The position numbers and the translations under genes are program-made. Source: Paramecium tetraurelia (lineage: Eukaryota). From it: a stretch of 64,000 nt of DNA. The notes beneath the pieces are model-generated. The model had not been told where the DNA came from. It ran no database searches and saw nothing but the letters and a program-made list of their open reading frames with translations. Numbering within the stretch: position 1 is the stretch's first letter; each line of letters begins with the position of its first letter. Below, in pieces: positions 53,958 through 64,000 of this stretch. The DNA is taken from assembly GCA_000165425.1 (NCBI GenBank), contig CT868230.1:62001-126000 (forward strand), given 5' to 3'.

Positions 53958-55290
53958 ATGATTATTGCTGCATAGCCAAATCGTTTCCAAGAGTATGAAG
54001 ATTAAGCCAAGAAGATTTTCTATTAGGATTATTTTGAAAATAGGATGAAGACATTTCCAATCATTTGTAGATTCAAAAAGAGAGAATATCAATCGCAATT
54101 TATAAATTACACTACAATATTTCATGATCTCAAACATCATGTAGAAATAGGAAATTAAATAAGAATTTGGAAGGAAAATAAATAAAAATTATAATATTGC
54201 TGCAGTTTCTAATATATTTACACTTTGATCCCATAATTGCATTTAGGAATTCGATTGAATAGGAAAGTCAAAGACTCCAATTTAGATTTCTCAGTCTATA
54301 AATACATTAATAATTTCTCATCACTTACCTATTGCTACAACCTTGATTCAAAATATCGAACCTAATAAAAGTTTATTTTTAATTTCAAAGAATCCACTCT
54401 GACTATCAATAAAGAGAAACTGAAACTAGCATTACAATTCGGTGATATTATCAAACCATATGTCAAGACTGATTTGAGAACTTTCTCGTATATATTTATT
54501 TAAATCAAGAAAAGTTACTTTTGGTGTGAAGGCCAAGTTAAAGGACTTTGAACTATTTGCATACAAGGAGATTTCAAAAAAGGAATAAAATAGCACTGTT
54601 TCATTGGGAGTGATGCTTAATATTTTTGATTGGAAAGTGGGATTGAAGATGAATTTCAAGGATTTGTCTAGTTCTTTTGCTATTTTGTATCATTTAAAAC
54701 TCATTATCAAATTAGTATTTAGAAATATGGGCTTGCGATTTAATTGCCTATTTATAGTTTTGATTGCGAAGATCTTTTAGAGAAGTATACGATAGCAGCA
54801 TTTGGATTTATGATTGCATGTTCAATTCTAAAATGTTTTTAACAACCTAAAGTATTGCCTCTGAGCAAATAACAAAGAATTGATCAATCAAGAAATCAAT
54901 TAAATTTATTAGAACACAAAACTAAATAGAATTTTAGATATGAAAAAGAAAACAATGGATTACTGATTCTATTTGCTTATTATGGTAATGCAGAACATAT
55001 TCAATTGTTGAATCAACAGCAAAATAAACAAAAGTATCACTTGCAAAATGATGTAACACATATGATTACTATTATTTTAGTTAGAAATCATTGATGTGAC
55101 ATTGTCATGCTAATTCAATGTGAAGAATTCTAAGTTGCATTTACCCAAGTATTCCAAATCTTGTCTGTTTGGTTTCTGTGATCCTTGCGAAAATGTAAAT
55201 ACTCATAAACTCTTGTTATTCGAATACACATACAAATAGCAAAAATTTGATAAAATATTCGATGACTTGGATGAGGTGATCTTGCCCTGA
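53958..55290 (+). CDS. DNAJC11-like protein (C-terminal DUF3395 domain) lacking an N-terminal J domain
   Basis: EKENNGLLILFAYYG, IIDVTLSCQFNVKNSKLHLP, SKSCLFGFCDPC, KLLLFEYTY, DEVILP-stop; preceding beta-strand-rich region and hydrophobic segment; three introns. Confidence 0.82.
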
Positions 55291-55319
55291 TTTATTATAT
55301 AATATTAATAATAAATAAA

Positions 55320-55906
55320 ATGGAAGAATTAGGTATGCGTCCTGAAACATCTAAATGCTCACGAATGGAAAAGCGTAGATTAGTATCACAAAGTCATCAA
55401 AGACAAGAATCAAGTCAAGCTCCAAGAATCAATGGAATTACTTTATAACAATACTTCAGGGGAAGCAACTTTAGAGTACTGGAAATCAACGAAGATGAAT
55501 GGGACAATCACTAAGTTGGATAGCCACGTGCTCCTCCTCTTTAAAATACCAATTTTCGTATTAAAACAGATAAGAAAATAAACAATAAAAAACTACTAGA
55601 ACGATCGCCTGCTTAAAACCTAACTACGAGCAAAGACTTTAATCAACGTAAAATTAATAGAGTAAGTAGAATCATTGATTATTTTGCTAGCCTCACATTA
55701 CATCAAATGAATTCTTTCAAAACGAAGATGAACTCAGAAAAACCAGAATAGAACTCAAATACGGACGCATGAAAGAGGATGTGAACAATCGCTTTGGGAA
55801 TCCTGACCAGGATCTTATCAATAAATATGCAGAAAAATTTAATATAAATAGGGAACCTCCAAAATTGACATTAGCTCCCAGAGAACTCTATGCAAAAATC
55901 AAGTGA
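55320..55906 (+). CDS. Hypothetical basic protein
   Basis: MEELGMRPETSK... one 29-nt intron ...LAPRELYAKIK-TGA. Confidence 0.7.
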
Positions 55907-56615
55907 ATATTAATTCTTTTTTTTCATTGCCACTGCAAATTAAAAATACTCCTTTTCATTAATTATCTTAAATTATTCACTATATCCAAAATAATATTAT
56001 ATTATTAATTCTACCAATCAATTAAAGTAATAAATAATGTTCCAATCTTCTTTTTCTCACATTAATCAAATTCATTGCTGGGTTTCATCATATGCTTTTT
56101 GAATTTCAATTAATTTAATATTTAGTCATGAAATAATTTTAAATTTTAAAATAATCTCTTCATTTTAGATTATTCTTTCCCCTAAATTATTTCTCAATCC
56201 CATTTTACCAGAATTTCAATTTCCTTAAGATATTAAGTTTTAATGCAGAATAGATTATAATATCTTAACAATTATGAATAATTGAACTATAATCTAATTT
56301 TAGGTTAGAATTGCCTAAAATTTAGGCTATTTTTAAAGAGAATAATTTATTTGATTTTAATTATATTTTTTTATTAACTAAAATAAAACCTTAGTATAAT
56401 TTATAATGGGTTAATTTGAATTTGTATTATTAAGAACAATTCCTGCTTTTATATTTCTGATTCCCTCATTGAGTTGAAAATAAACATTAAAGTAGAATCA
56501 CCAAATAGGTGGATGCATATTCAATGATATTCCTCGTGAATTACATTATTTCATTAATAGTGAATAACAGAAGTAGTCAATGAGGATTAATAGATTTAAA
56601 TTTCTACTTAATAAA

Positions 56616-57112
56616 TCAATTTTATCTAATTAATTCCTGCTTTTCATCTTCTAGTTTATGCTTTTCGAAAATGGGCATTTTAGGATAGAATATAAAATTT
56701 CCTATTCCGAAACCTAAGGCCATCATCAAAAACACCCAACCTTTCATTTTTTCATTAATAATTACCATTCACTGTCATTAATAGAAACATTGTTATTGCA
56801 GACTGTGTTGCAGCTAGTAATTACCATACAATCTTCAAAAATAGAGATCTAATTATGTGAATGCATACTTTTATCTATCTGCAAACCCTTTGAGAACTGG
56901 AAGTAAACATAGGAAGGCACAGAAAAACATCGTTACAAATAGTCCAGCCACAAATTCACCTTGTGTAGTTGATTTCCAACTAAAAGCAATTTATTAAGCG
57001 TTTACGTATTAAATACAAATCGAACCTTATAGTCCCAATTTATAATCATATACATCCTCATATCCATCATATGCATTGCAGGAGTCATTTCTGATTATTC
57101 CGTATGCTACAT
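56616..57112 (-). CDS. CTR-family copper transporter
   Basis: Met-rich N-terminus (AMHMMDMRMYM), VFNTWKSTTQGEF, three hydrophobic segments, MFLLM (MxxxM) followed by GFGIG (GxxxG); three introns; absent from the ORF track. Confidence 0.9.
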
Positions 57113-57198
57113 AAAATAAAAAATTAATTAAAATTTTATAGATTACAAAATCCAATAGACTGAGTATTATTAAATATTTCTGAAAATATACATTAATT

Positions 57199-59139
57199 TC
57201 ATTGCTGATTATATGTTTTATCTCTTAGACCAACTATATAGTTTCTTGGTCTTAATGGATTTAATCCTTTATTTTATCCTGTTGAAGTTTATTGATCCTT
57301 CATTTCGTATACTTGTGCCTATCAACATAAAATGAATAGAAATACTTCACTATCAACTTTGAAATTACTTAAAATAGTCTAGGATGCCTTAGTCTATCTT
57401 TTTCTTATATTTGCCATTTATATAGCCTAATAATTATGAGAATAAATACTTTTCTTCTCAATTCCCATTCATTCCAACAATAATTTGGGTCAAGATTCTT
57501 TTCTATAAAATGAACTGGTGTTTGCACATCCTTATCCACCATCAATTTATTAGATAATAAACTTCCGCTTTCGAATGTTAGTTTCAAATTGAGATTCTTG
57601 AAATTCTCTTCCACTCTAAATAATCTGATTAGATGAGGTTTCTGTCTACATATATCAATCACTCCTGTTAAATATCTTTGTGGTTCTGACAAGAATTCAT
57701 TGATAGCTATCTCATTGCTAAAAACACAATTCTTGTCTCTGTATCTGAACACCCCCAAAGATGGTTTTCCAGGGATTAATAGCCCATTCTTTTTTACAAC
57801 TGACCAAATACAGAAACCGAAATAATCTAGTTGTGTTTGCATAAAATCAGGGGTATTTTAAGGTAATAGTCTTTATACTCCTGATTCTGGTTGATAATTA
57901 ATTAACGCTAGATTATCGGGTTAGGTTGATTCCATTTATTTGCATTGTTTTTAGATTGCTAAGGGCATTGAGAGTTTCATCATTTTCCTTAGATCAACCA
58001 ACAGTCGAAAGAGTTCCACTCTCTCAATTGATATTTGCTTATCTTCAAATAGACCTATGTGACTTTGAGCTAGCAATGCAAATTTAGGATAGACTTATTC
58101 TTTGGGAGCAGAGGATTTATGTTCCAATAATTTCTTTAGGTCTTCCATTTCCTTAATGAATCTAATTCTATTTTACTCAATCATGGCTTCGCTTTACTCG
58201 ATATCCTCTTGTAATGACAGGATGTAAGATAAATATTATCTAAGGAAGGCCAATTCATCCTTATATTTTTCGATGTCTTCATTGTTCATTTGAAATTTGT
58301 CTTAATTGATGAAGAAAGTAGTGTAGATTTCGCATTGTTCTATTGTTTCCAGGGCGATTTGTTTAATTTAATCGGATAATTCTCTAGCATTATATTTAGT
58401 AAGATCTTCTAAGGAACTTAATGAAACTCCACCCTTTCCAATTTTCTTATTGAACAATCTAATGCCAATGACTAGGTTTGCCAATTCGACGAGTTGGGTT
58501 ACTTTTTCGGAGGGATTCAATGAGACAAAGGGTCCTAGGGCGGCTCTTGGGATGACACTTTCTAGAGCAGCTCCAACTTCTAATGGGAATAGTGATAAAA
58601 TGAGGAATACCTTTGTCCATGTTGAATTGACCTAGAGCATCAAAATTAATGGGATCTTCAATCAATTCTTTGTTCTTGTATATCAAATAATGAAACATTT
58701 TAGTATATAAGGTGGTCAAGCCTTCAAAATCTTTGGCATTCTTAATTTCGAGAGTCACGACATCATCAATGTATTTGCCAGTCTCGTTGGATTGCTTTTT
58801 GATTTTTTCTTGTCTTTGCAATTCCATTTCGACATAGGCACTATCATATTCTTGATTATAATGATAGATTGTTACATATTTGTAATTGGATAGTTTTGAG
58901 ATCTGGGGCATTTTAATTGCTGAGTTTGTTCAGTGTCTCATTTTTCAATTCGTTCAATTCGCTTTCATTGAGTTTTTCTTCAAGGTAAAATTTATTTGTT
59001 CCTTTGAGAGATAATTTGAAAATATACTTTTGTTGAGAATGGTCTATGCAACGTAGGATGCAAGAGTTTCAGTAATGGGGTTGTTTCTAGCTCTACATTA
59101 ATAGAGGGCGAACTTGACTACCTCATCCAATTAATTCAT
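57199..59139 (-). CDS. CFAP206: Cilia- and flagella-associated protein 206
   Basis: ITETLASYVAQTI, EVGAALESVIPR, QLVELANLVIGIRLFNK, SAPKEQVYPKFALLA, LDYFGFCIW...GLLIPGKPSLG, QTPVHFIEKNLDPNYCWNEWELRRKAIQMANI. Confidence 0.92.
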
Positions 59140-59172
59140 TTTGGTTATTGGTGCTTATAATTAATTTAATTG

Positions 59173-61296
59173 ATGAAATAAGTTTTGCATTAACTAGCCA
59201 GACAACACACTATAACGAATAATAAGAGCTTTAGTTTGCCCACCAAACAATCATTGGAGCAATCCTACTAGGACGTGAAGTTTCAGTTCGTGATGCAATT
59301 CTCAAAAAACACGACTCAAGAATAGTTGGAATAGATTGTTAATATATTGTTCAATCATGGATTCTAATCTTATAAGACTAGGAATCTGCAAAATGACAAG
59401 ATTTTACTATTCATTTGTATATGGGATCCGAAGATCATATTGGAATAGGCGGAGTAAATGCAGCTGTACAAAGTACGTACAAAAACATTAAATAGTTAGT
59501 AATTGACCGTTCGCACTCTTAAATGCACGAAGTATATAGAAAGATAGCTGAGAAGATAAATGTAAAGAAAGTGTTAGATGAGAGATTAATCCTCACTTTA
59601 AATTAGATTGATAAGAGGATAGTGGAATTTGAAAATTATTAAAAATTTAAATATGACTTAAAAAGTGATTTCTGTTTACACAATGATGACGCAGAAGTCA
59701 TAAAAATATTTAGTCCTTCAGAGACTTTGCTCATAATTTACAATTACTTACACACTATTAAAATAGGAGATTTGGATATGATTCATTTTCTAAAAACGGA
59801 AGAATATTTATTACAAGTAACTCCGATTCACGATGAAATAGTCTCACTCAATACAGTATCAGACATAGAGAGATATTTTGGAGGCAACTTAGCAGTTTAC
59901 TTCGAGTTCATGAACTTCTATTAATCTATGCTTAAGTATTTGGCAGTTGCAGCAATCATCACTTTAGTAATCGATCATCAAAGTAGTCTCTTCAAAATCA
60001 CAAATGTGGCTAGTTTTTATGCAGTACTAACCATGGTATGGTCAACATTCTTCATCATTGCCTGGCGTAGAAAGGAGAATGAATTAAGTATTGAATGGGG
60101 TGTTTTTGGTTAATAACACATCAAGAGATTAGATCTGAATCCAGAATATAAAGGCAATCCAAAAATGAATTACATCACAGGATTGATCAAGAATAGCTAT
60201 CCAACAAGCAGTAGGATATTCTATTATATGATATCATTATTCGAAGCCATTCCCATACTCATTATTGCTGGGTTGATTAAGATTGTGGTATTTAATATCA
60301 ATGGACTCATACGGAATGAAGATAGTATCTTTTATATCAGAGTGGCTGCTAAACTCAATCAAGCAGGAGGTCTCTTATATTACAAATACACTACCAATAT
60401 ATTAGATATTTTCACTATCTTGTTAATATTCTATATCAACACTCTGTATACAAAGGTTTGCATCAATTCAACCAAACGAGAAAATCATAGAACCAACTTG
60501 AGGTTTTATAACTCTTTGATCCTTAAACGATTCATATTTGAATTAATCAATAGATTCTTTCACTTATTTTACATAGCCTTCGTTGAATTCGATATCCCAA
60601 CTCTAAGGAGTCTCTTGATTAAGTTGTTTGTTATGGATTAAATAAGAAGAGTTCTATTGGAATCTCTATTGCCCATGTTGATGAAGTAGCAGTATGAAAA
60701 ATAGAAGGAATAGTATCGATTGAATCTGTAAAAGAAGGAAGACATCAATGAAAAAATTGTAGATAGAATTGTATATCTTAATTATTAATTATTATAGGCA
60801 GAACTTGAACTCTGGGAATATGATGATTTTGATGATTACATTGAAGTCATATTTCAATATGGATACATAGTATTGTTCGCAGCTATTTTTCCTCTGGCTG
60901 CTGCTCTCACATATATTTTCAACTTTATTGAAATATGGAGTGATAAATTCAAACTAGCGTACAAATTTATTAATTACAACTAGAAATAAATTATACTAAA
61001 GGAATTTACCTAAGAAAGCACATAGCATTGGCGAATGGAGAACTGTTTTGATGACCTTATCAGTGTTATCAATATACACTAATACAGCATTTATTGCCTT
61101 TGCTTATTTCAATGTATTTGACACTTGTTAGAAGACAGGTTGCGATTGGGAAAATATTCTCATTCTACTATTTATCATTGAACATTTTTCATTAGGTTTA
61201 AAGTATATTGTACAATAAACGATCAATTCAAAACCAAAATGGGTTAGGATTGTTATGAGAAGAATGAAAAGGAAGAGAAGAAATTTTCATAATTGA
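59173..61296 (+). CDS. Anoctamin/TMEM16 (ANO8/ANO10-like) Ca2+-activated channel or scramblase
   Basis: IERYFGGNLAVYFEFMNFY, WSTFFIIAWRRKENELSIEWG, ENHRT, FHLFYIAF, FDDYIEVIFQYGYIVLFAAIFPLAA, NFIEIWSDKFKL, SIGEW, LFIIEH. Confidence 0.95.
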
Positions 61297-61333
61297 AATA
61301 TTTTATATAATATAATTATTAATGATAAACGGA

Positions 61334-61790
61334 TGATCACTAATATTATGGCAAAGGATCATTATCTCTTATAAAAATATAGCATAATTCAGCCTTGTCC
61401 AATGCATAATTTTGAAGATGATTTTTTAATTATAAGGAATTTGAATACCAAAAAATAAATAAATCCAATTTCAAGAAGAACAACAAATATAATCTAGAAT
61501 TAAATAGTAGTATGAATATGAGAAATATTTATTAATCCAAAGAAATCTTAATCTTAAATTTTAAATGACAGTTCCAATCATAAAAAATTATTAGTTACTT
61601 TCTCAACCATGATGTATTGAAAAATATGAAAATTGCAGAATATCTTTCTTAAAGACTGAATAATACTAAAGATCCTTGATTTTGATGTCAAAATCAAATA
61701 AAAGATTAATAACTTCAAAACTCTTAGTTAAGATAAATTTAAATCTTTCAAATTAATTAAAGAAACTACTATATGACCAATCTGAGGAAT
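61334..61790 (+). pseudogene. Probable decayed gene relic
   Basis: MITNIMAKDHYLLQKYSIIQPCPMHNFEDD then frame breaks and several TGAs. Confidence 0.25.
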
Positions 61791-62148
61791 TATTGGGGTT
61801 CAATAATTTTAAATAAAGCAAAGAGATGGAGAAAATTAAGAAAAATAACATTTAAATTTACATTTATTAACTACTCTGATGAAAAATTGAGTATAAGAAA
61901 GGAGATGATATTGGGATCTAAAAAATTGATGTATGAGTGTATTAATTAGATGAATGTGGTGTCTTTTCGATGAAAATTAAAATAATTTATTGGATGAGAA
62001 TGAAATTATATTTAAATATCTGAAAAGGATTTGAAGGAACTACAGAAACAGAACTTAGGATTGATTTATTTAGTAATTATAATTATTCCAATTATATTAA
62101 ACTAACTTTTATAGAGCATTTCATTTAATTATTGAAGATATTAATATT

Positions 62149-62494
62149 ATGAATAAATTTTTAATTACATTAGCAAGAATTCCAAAGTGTCAACCAAGAT
62201 TTGGATTCGCTGACATTTTGAAGGACAAAGATAAAGGAGATGAGAAAGTATTTTTCACAAGAGAAGATTGTATACTATCAACATAATTAATTAGAAAAGT
62301 TGATGTAAAAATTACTCAAGAAAATGAAAGAAAATAATGAAAAGCCTAAATCATCAGGAAGCAATGATAAAGAGGACAAGGAAGATTTGCAAGTATTGAT
62401 ATGAAATTAATTATAGAAAATATTTTCCAGATATAAGATTAATTATACTGATGCATTGGTTGAGGAAGTCTTAAATTGGAAGAGAGGAGATTGA
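62149..62494 (+). CDS. IF1: Mitochondrial ATP synthase inhibitory factor IF1 (ciliate type)
   Basis: Presequence MNKFLITLARIPKCQPRFGF; KDKGDEKVFFTREDQKLMQKLLKKM; LQKIFSRYKINYTDALVEEVLNWKRGD; two introns; resembles ciliate IF1 as recalled. Confidence 0.82.
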
Positions 62495-63579
62495 TATATA
62501 ATAAAAATATAAATAAAAAGAAGAATTATCATCATTTTTGTATCTAAATATTGAAGATTGAAAATTATGTTTTAACATCAATTTCCACATCTCTTTGATT
62601 GGAGAGTCAAAATTGAAAATATTTCTAACTATTATGATTTATTTAAAATAACAATGCTCTCATATCTGATATTTAAATATTTTTATAAGTTATAATTATT
62701 ATGCTTAAGTGTGATCCATTGTTTGCGTTGATGAACCTTTCATTAAAATTGATTCCTAAATGAACTACTTTTCAGAATTAGAAAAGAATTAAACAAATAA
62801 ATGTAATAAACTAGATATCAACGTAATTATTTAACAGTTCAAATATTATCTATATATTCAAACTATAACTAGAAACTTGAATTAAAATGCGATACAATAT
62901 ATTAATAAATTCAAGCAGAAGGAAAGCTACATTATTATTGTATTAAATTAAAAGAGAGAGAGAGTATACGCATATGTAATCTAAGATTAAAGAAGTTATT
63001 TTATTATTTCAGATTTAGAATATTATAACTTGAGATAATAGAAATAACTAGATCGATTGCTTGTATTTTAAATTCATTAAGCAAGTTAAAAGAGTATATT
63101 TAGATTTCTACTTGTATAGATCATCTATATGTAAAAGTAAGCCAACTGAAAATAATTGTCAATAAAATTCTATCAACAAATCTTAATTCTTTAATGCATG
63201 TAAATAATATATGGACTTGTTTAACATATTTATAAAATAAAAGATATTTTGATACATGAATTTTTAGATTCAATTTATAAATCTCGATTAAAAATTTTTA
63301 TTCTTTTACTTGCATTAAACAGTGTTTCTTCAACTTATATTTAATTTATAACTATAAACAATTTAAATTCTCAAAATTTCTTAAAATTTTTATTCCTTCA
63401 TGAAAGTTATGTAATTCCTAAGATCTTTTGATTAAAATCAATAAGCGCCTTAAATTTTCATCTATTCAGTGATAAAATAACCAGACTGACCCTAAAGTAA
63501 AATAGGCTTGCGGATAGGATATTTAATTGATTTCTATTAACTTAATAAGTAAACATCATAATTATTGATTCTTTAAACA

Positions 63580-64000
63580 ATTATGTTCCATTTGTGATGA
63601 TATTTGTTCGGCGACAACAAAACCGCACATTGCTATTAAATTTGGTTAAGTCAAAGCAAATAATTTCGATTTATAAGATCAAAGTTAGTCGATCTACTAT
63701 TTAAAAAGTAAAAGAATGTGATAACGTAGTGATATACAAAATCAGTTAGGGCTAATCATTTTGATTAAATATTTCACCAAGATCAATATCTATTAATTAT
63801 GTATTAATAATAATTATAATAGGAGAGCATTGAATTAGGTAATAAACGAAACTAGACGAGACTACTTGAGTCAATAAATGATCTTAGTTTGCAACAGAAA
63901 TAACAGCTCTTGATAAATATTTTACAAATCCCAAGACAAGAGAGAAAGGCAGAGATTTTATAGTTAATGAGAATCATAGTAATGAAAGTGGATTTTTTCC
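63580..64000 (+). pseudogene. Coding-like region with an internal TGA, running off the window end
   Basis: Intron-like gtattaataataattataatag at 63801-63822 followed by open frame ESIELGNKRNQTRLLESINDLSLQQK...; the same frame has a TGA at about 63762. Confidence 0.3.

Noticed and set aside
62952..62964. (AG)n microsatellite
   Set aside because: About six units only; unremarkable

Overview
AT-rich, gene-dense eukaryotic DNA from a ciliate macronuclear chromosome, almost certainly Paramecium. Genes read through only when TAA/TAG are Gln and TGA is the sole stop (translation table 6). They are interrupted by 20-31 nt GT..AG introns, and one encodes a trichocyst matrix protein. The supplied standard-code ORF track is therefore mostly exon fragments or antisense shadows. 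Manual retranslation gives about 36 genes, including copine, TMP, WD40, NEK kinase, ankyrin protein, TPR protein, MAP2K, COMMD, FHA/RINGv, CFAP61, ODF3/STPG-like, a two-TM protein, cyclic-nucleotide PDE, CTD-type phosphatase, Canopy/saposin-like protein, EF-hand/DUSP USP, C2H2 protein, MORN, CDPK, porin, PDK1-like kinase, a Ulp1-like pseudoprotease, RPN8, a J-less DNAJC11-like protein, CTR copper transporter, CFAP206, anoctamin and IF1, plus several decayed gene relics. No RNA genes, transposons, telomeres or CRISPR were recognised, and no new multi-gene system can be claimed with confidence. The most notable signals are (i) repeated single-base frameshifts inside otherwise intact conserved genes, with assembly error the most likely cause and pseudogenisation or recoding not excluded; (ii) extremely tight gene packing (13-34 nt gaps, one apparent overlap, a 17-nt head-to-head spacer); and (iii) several derived proteins (ENaC/P2X-topology two-TM protein, catalytically dead Ulp1-like domain, DNAJC11 without J domain). 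All coordinates and translations were done by eye and may be off by a few bases.
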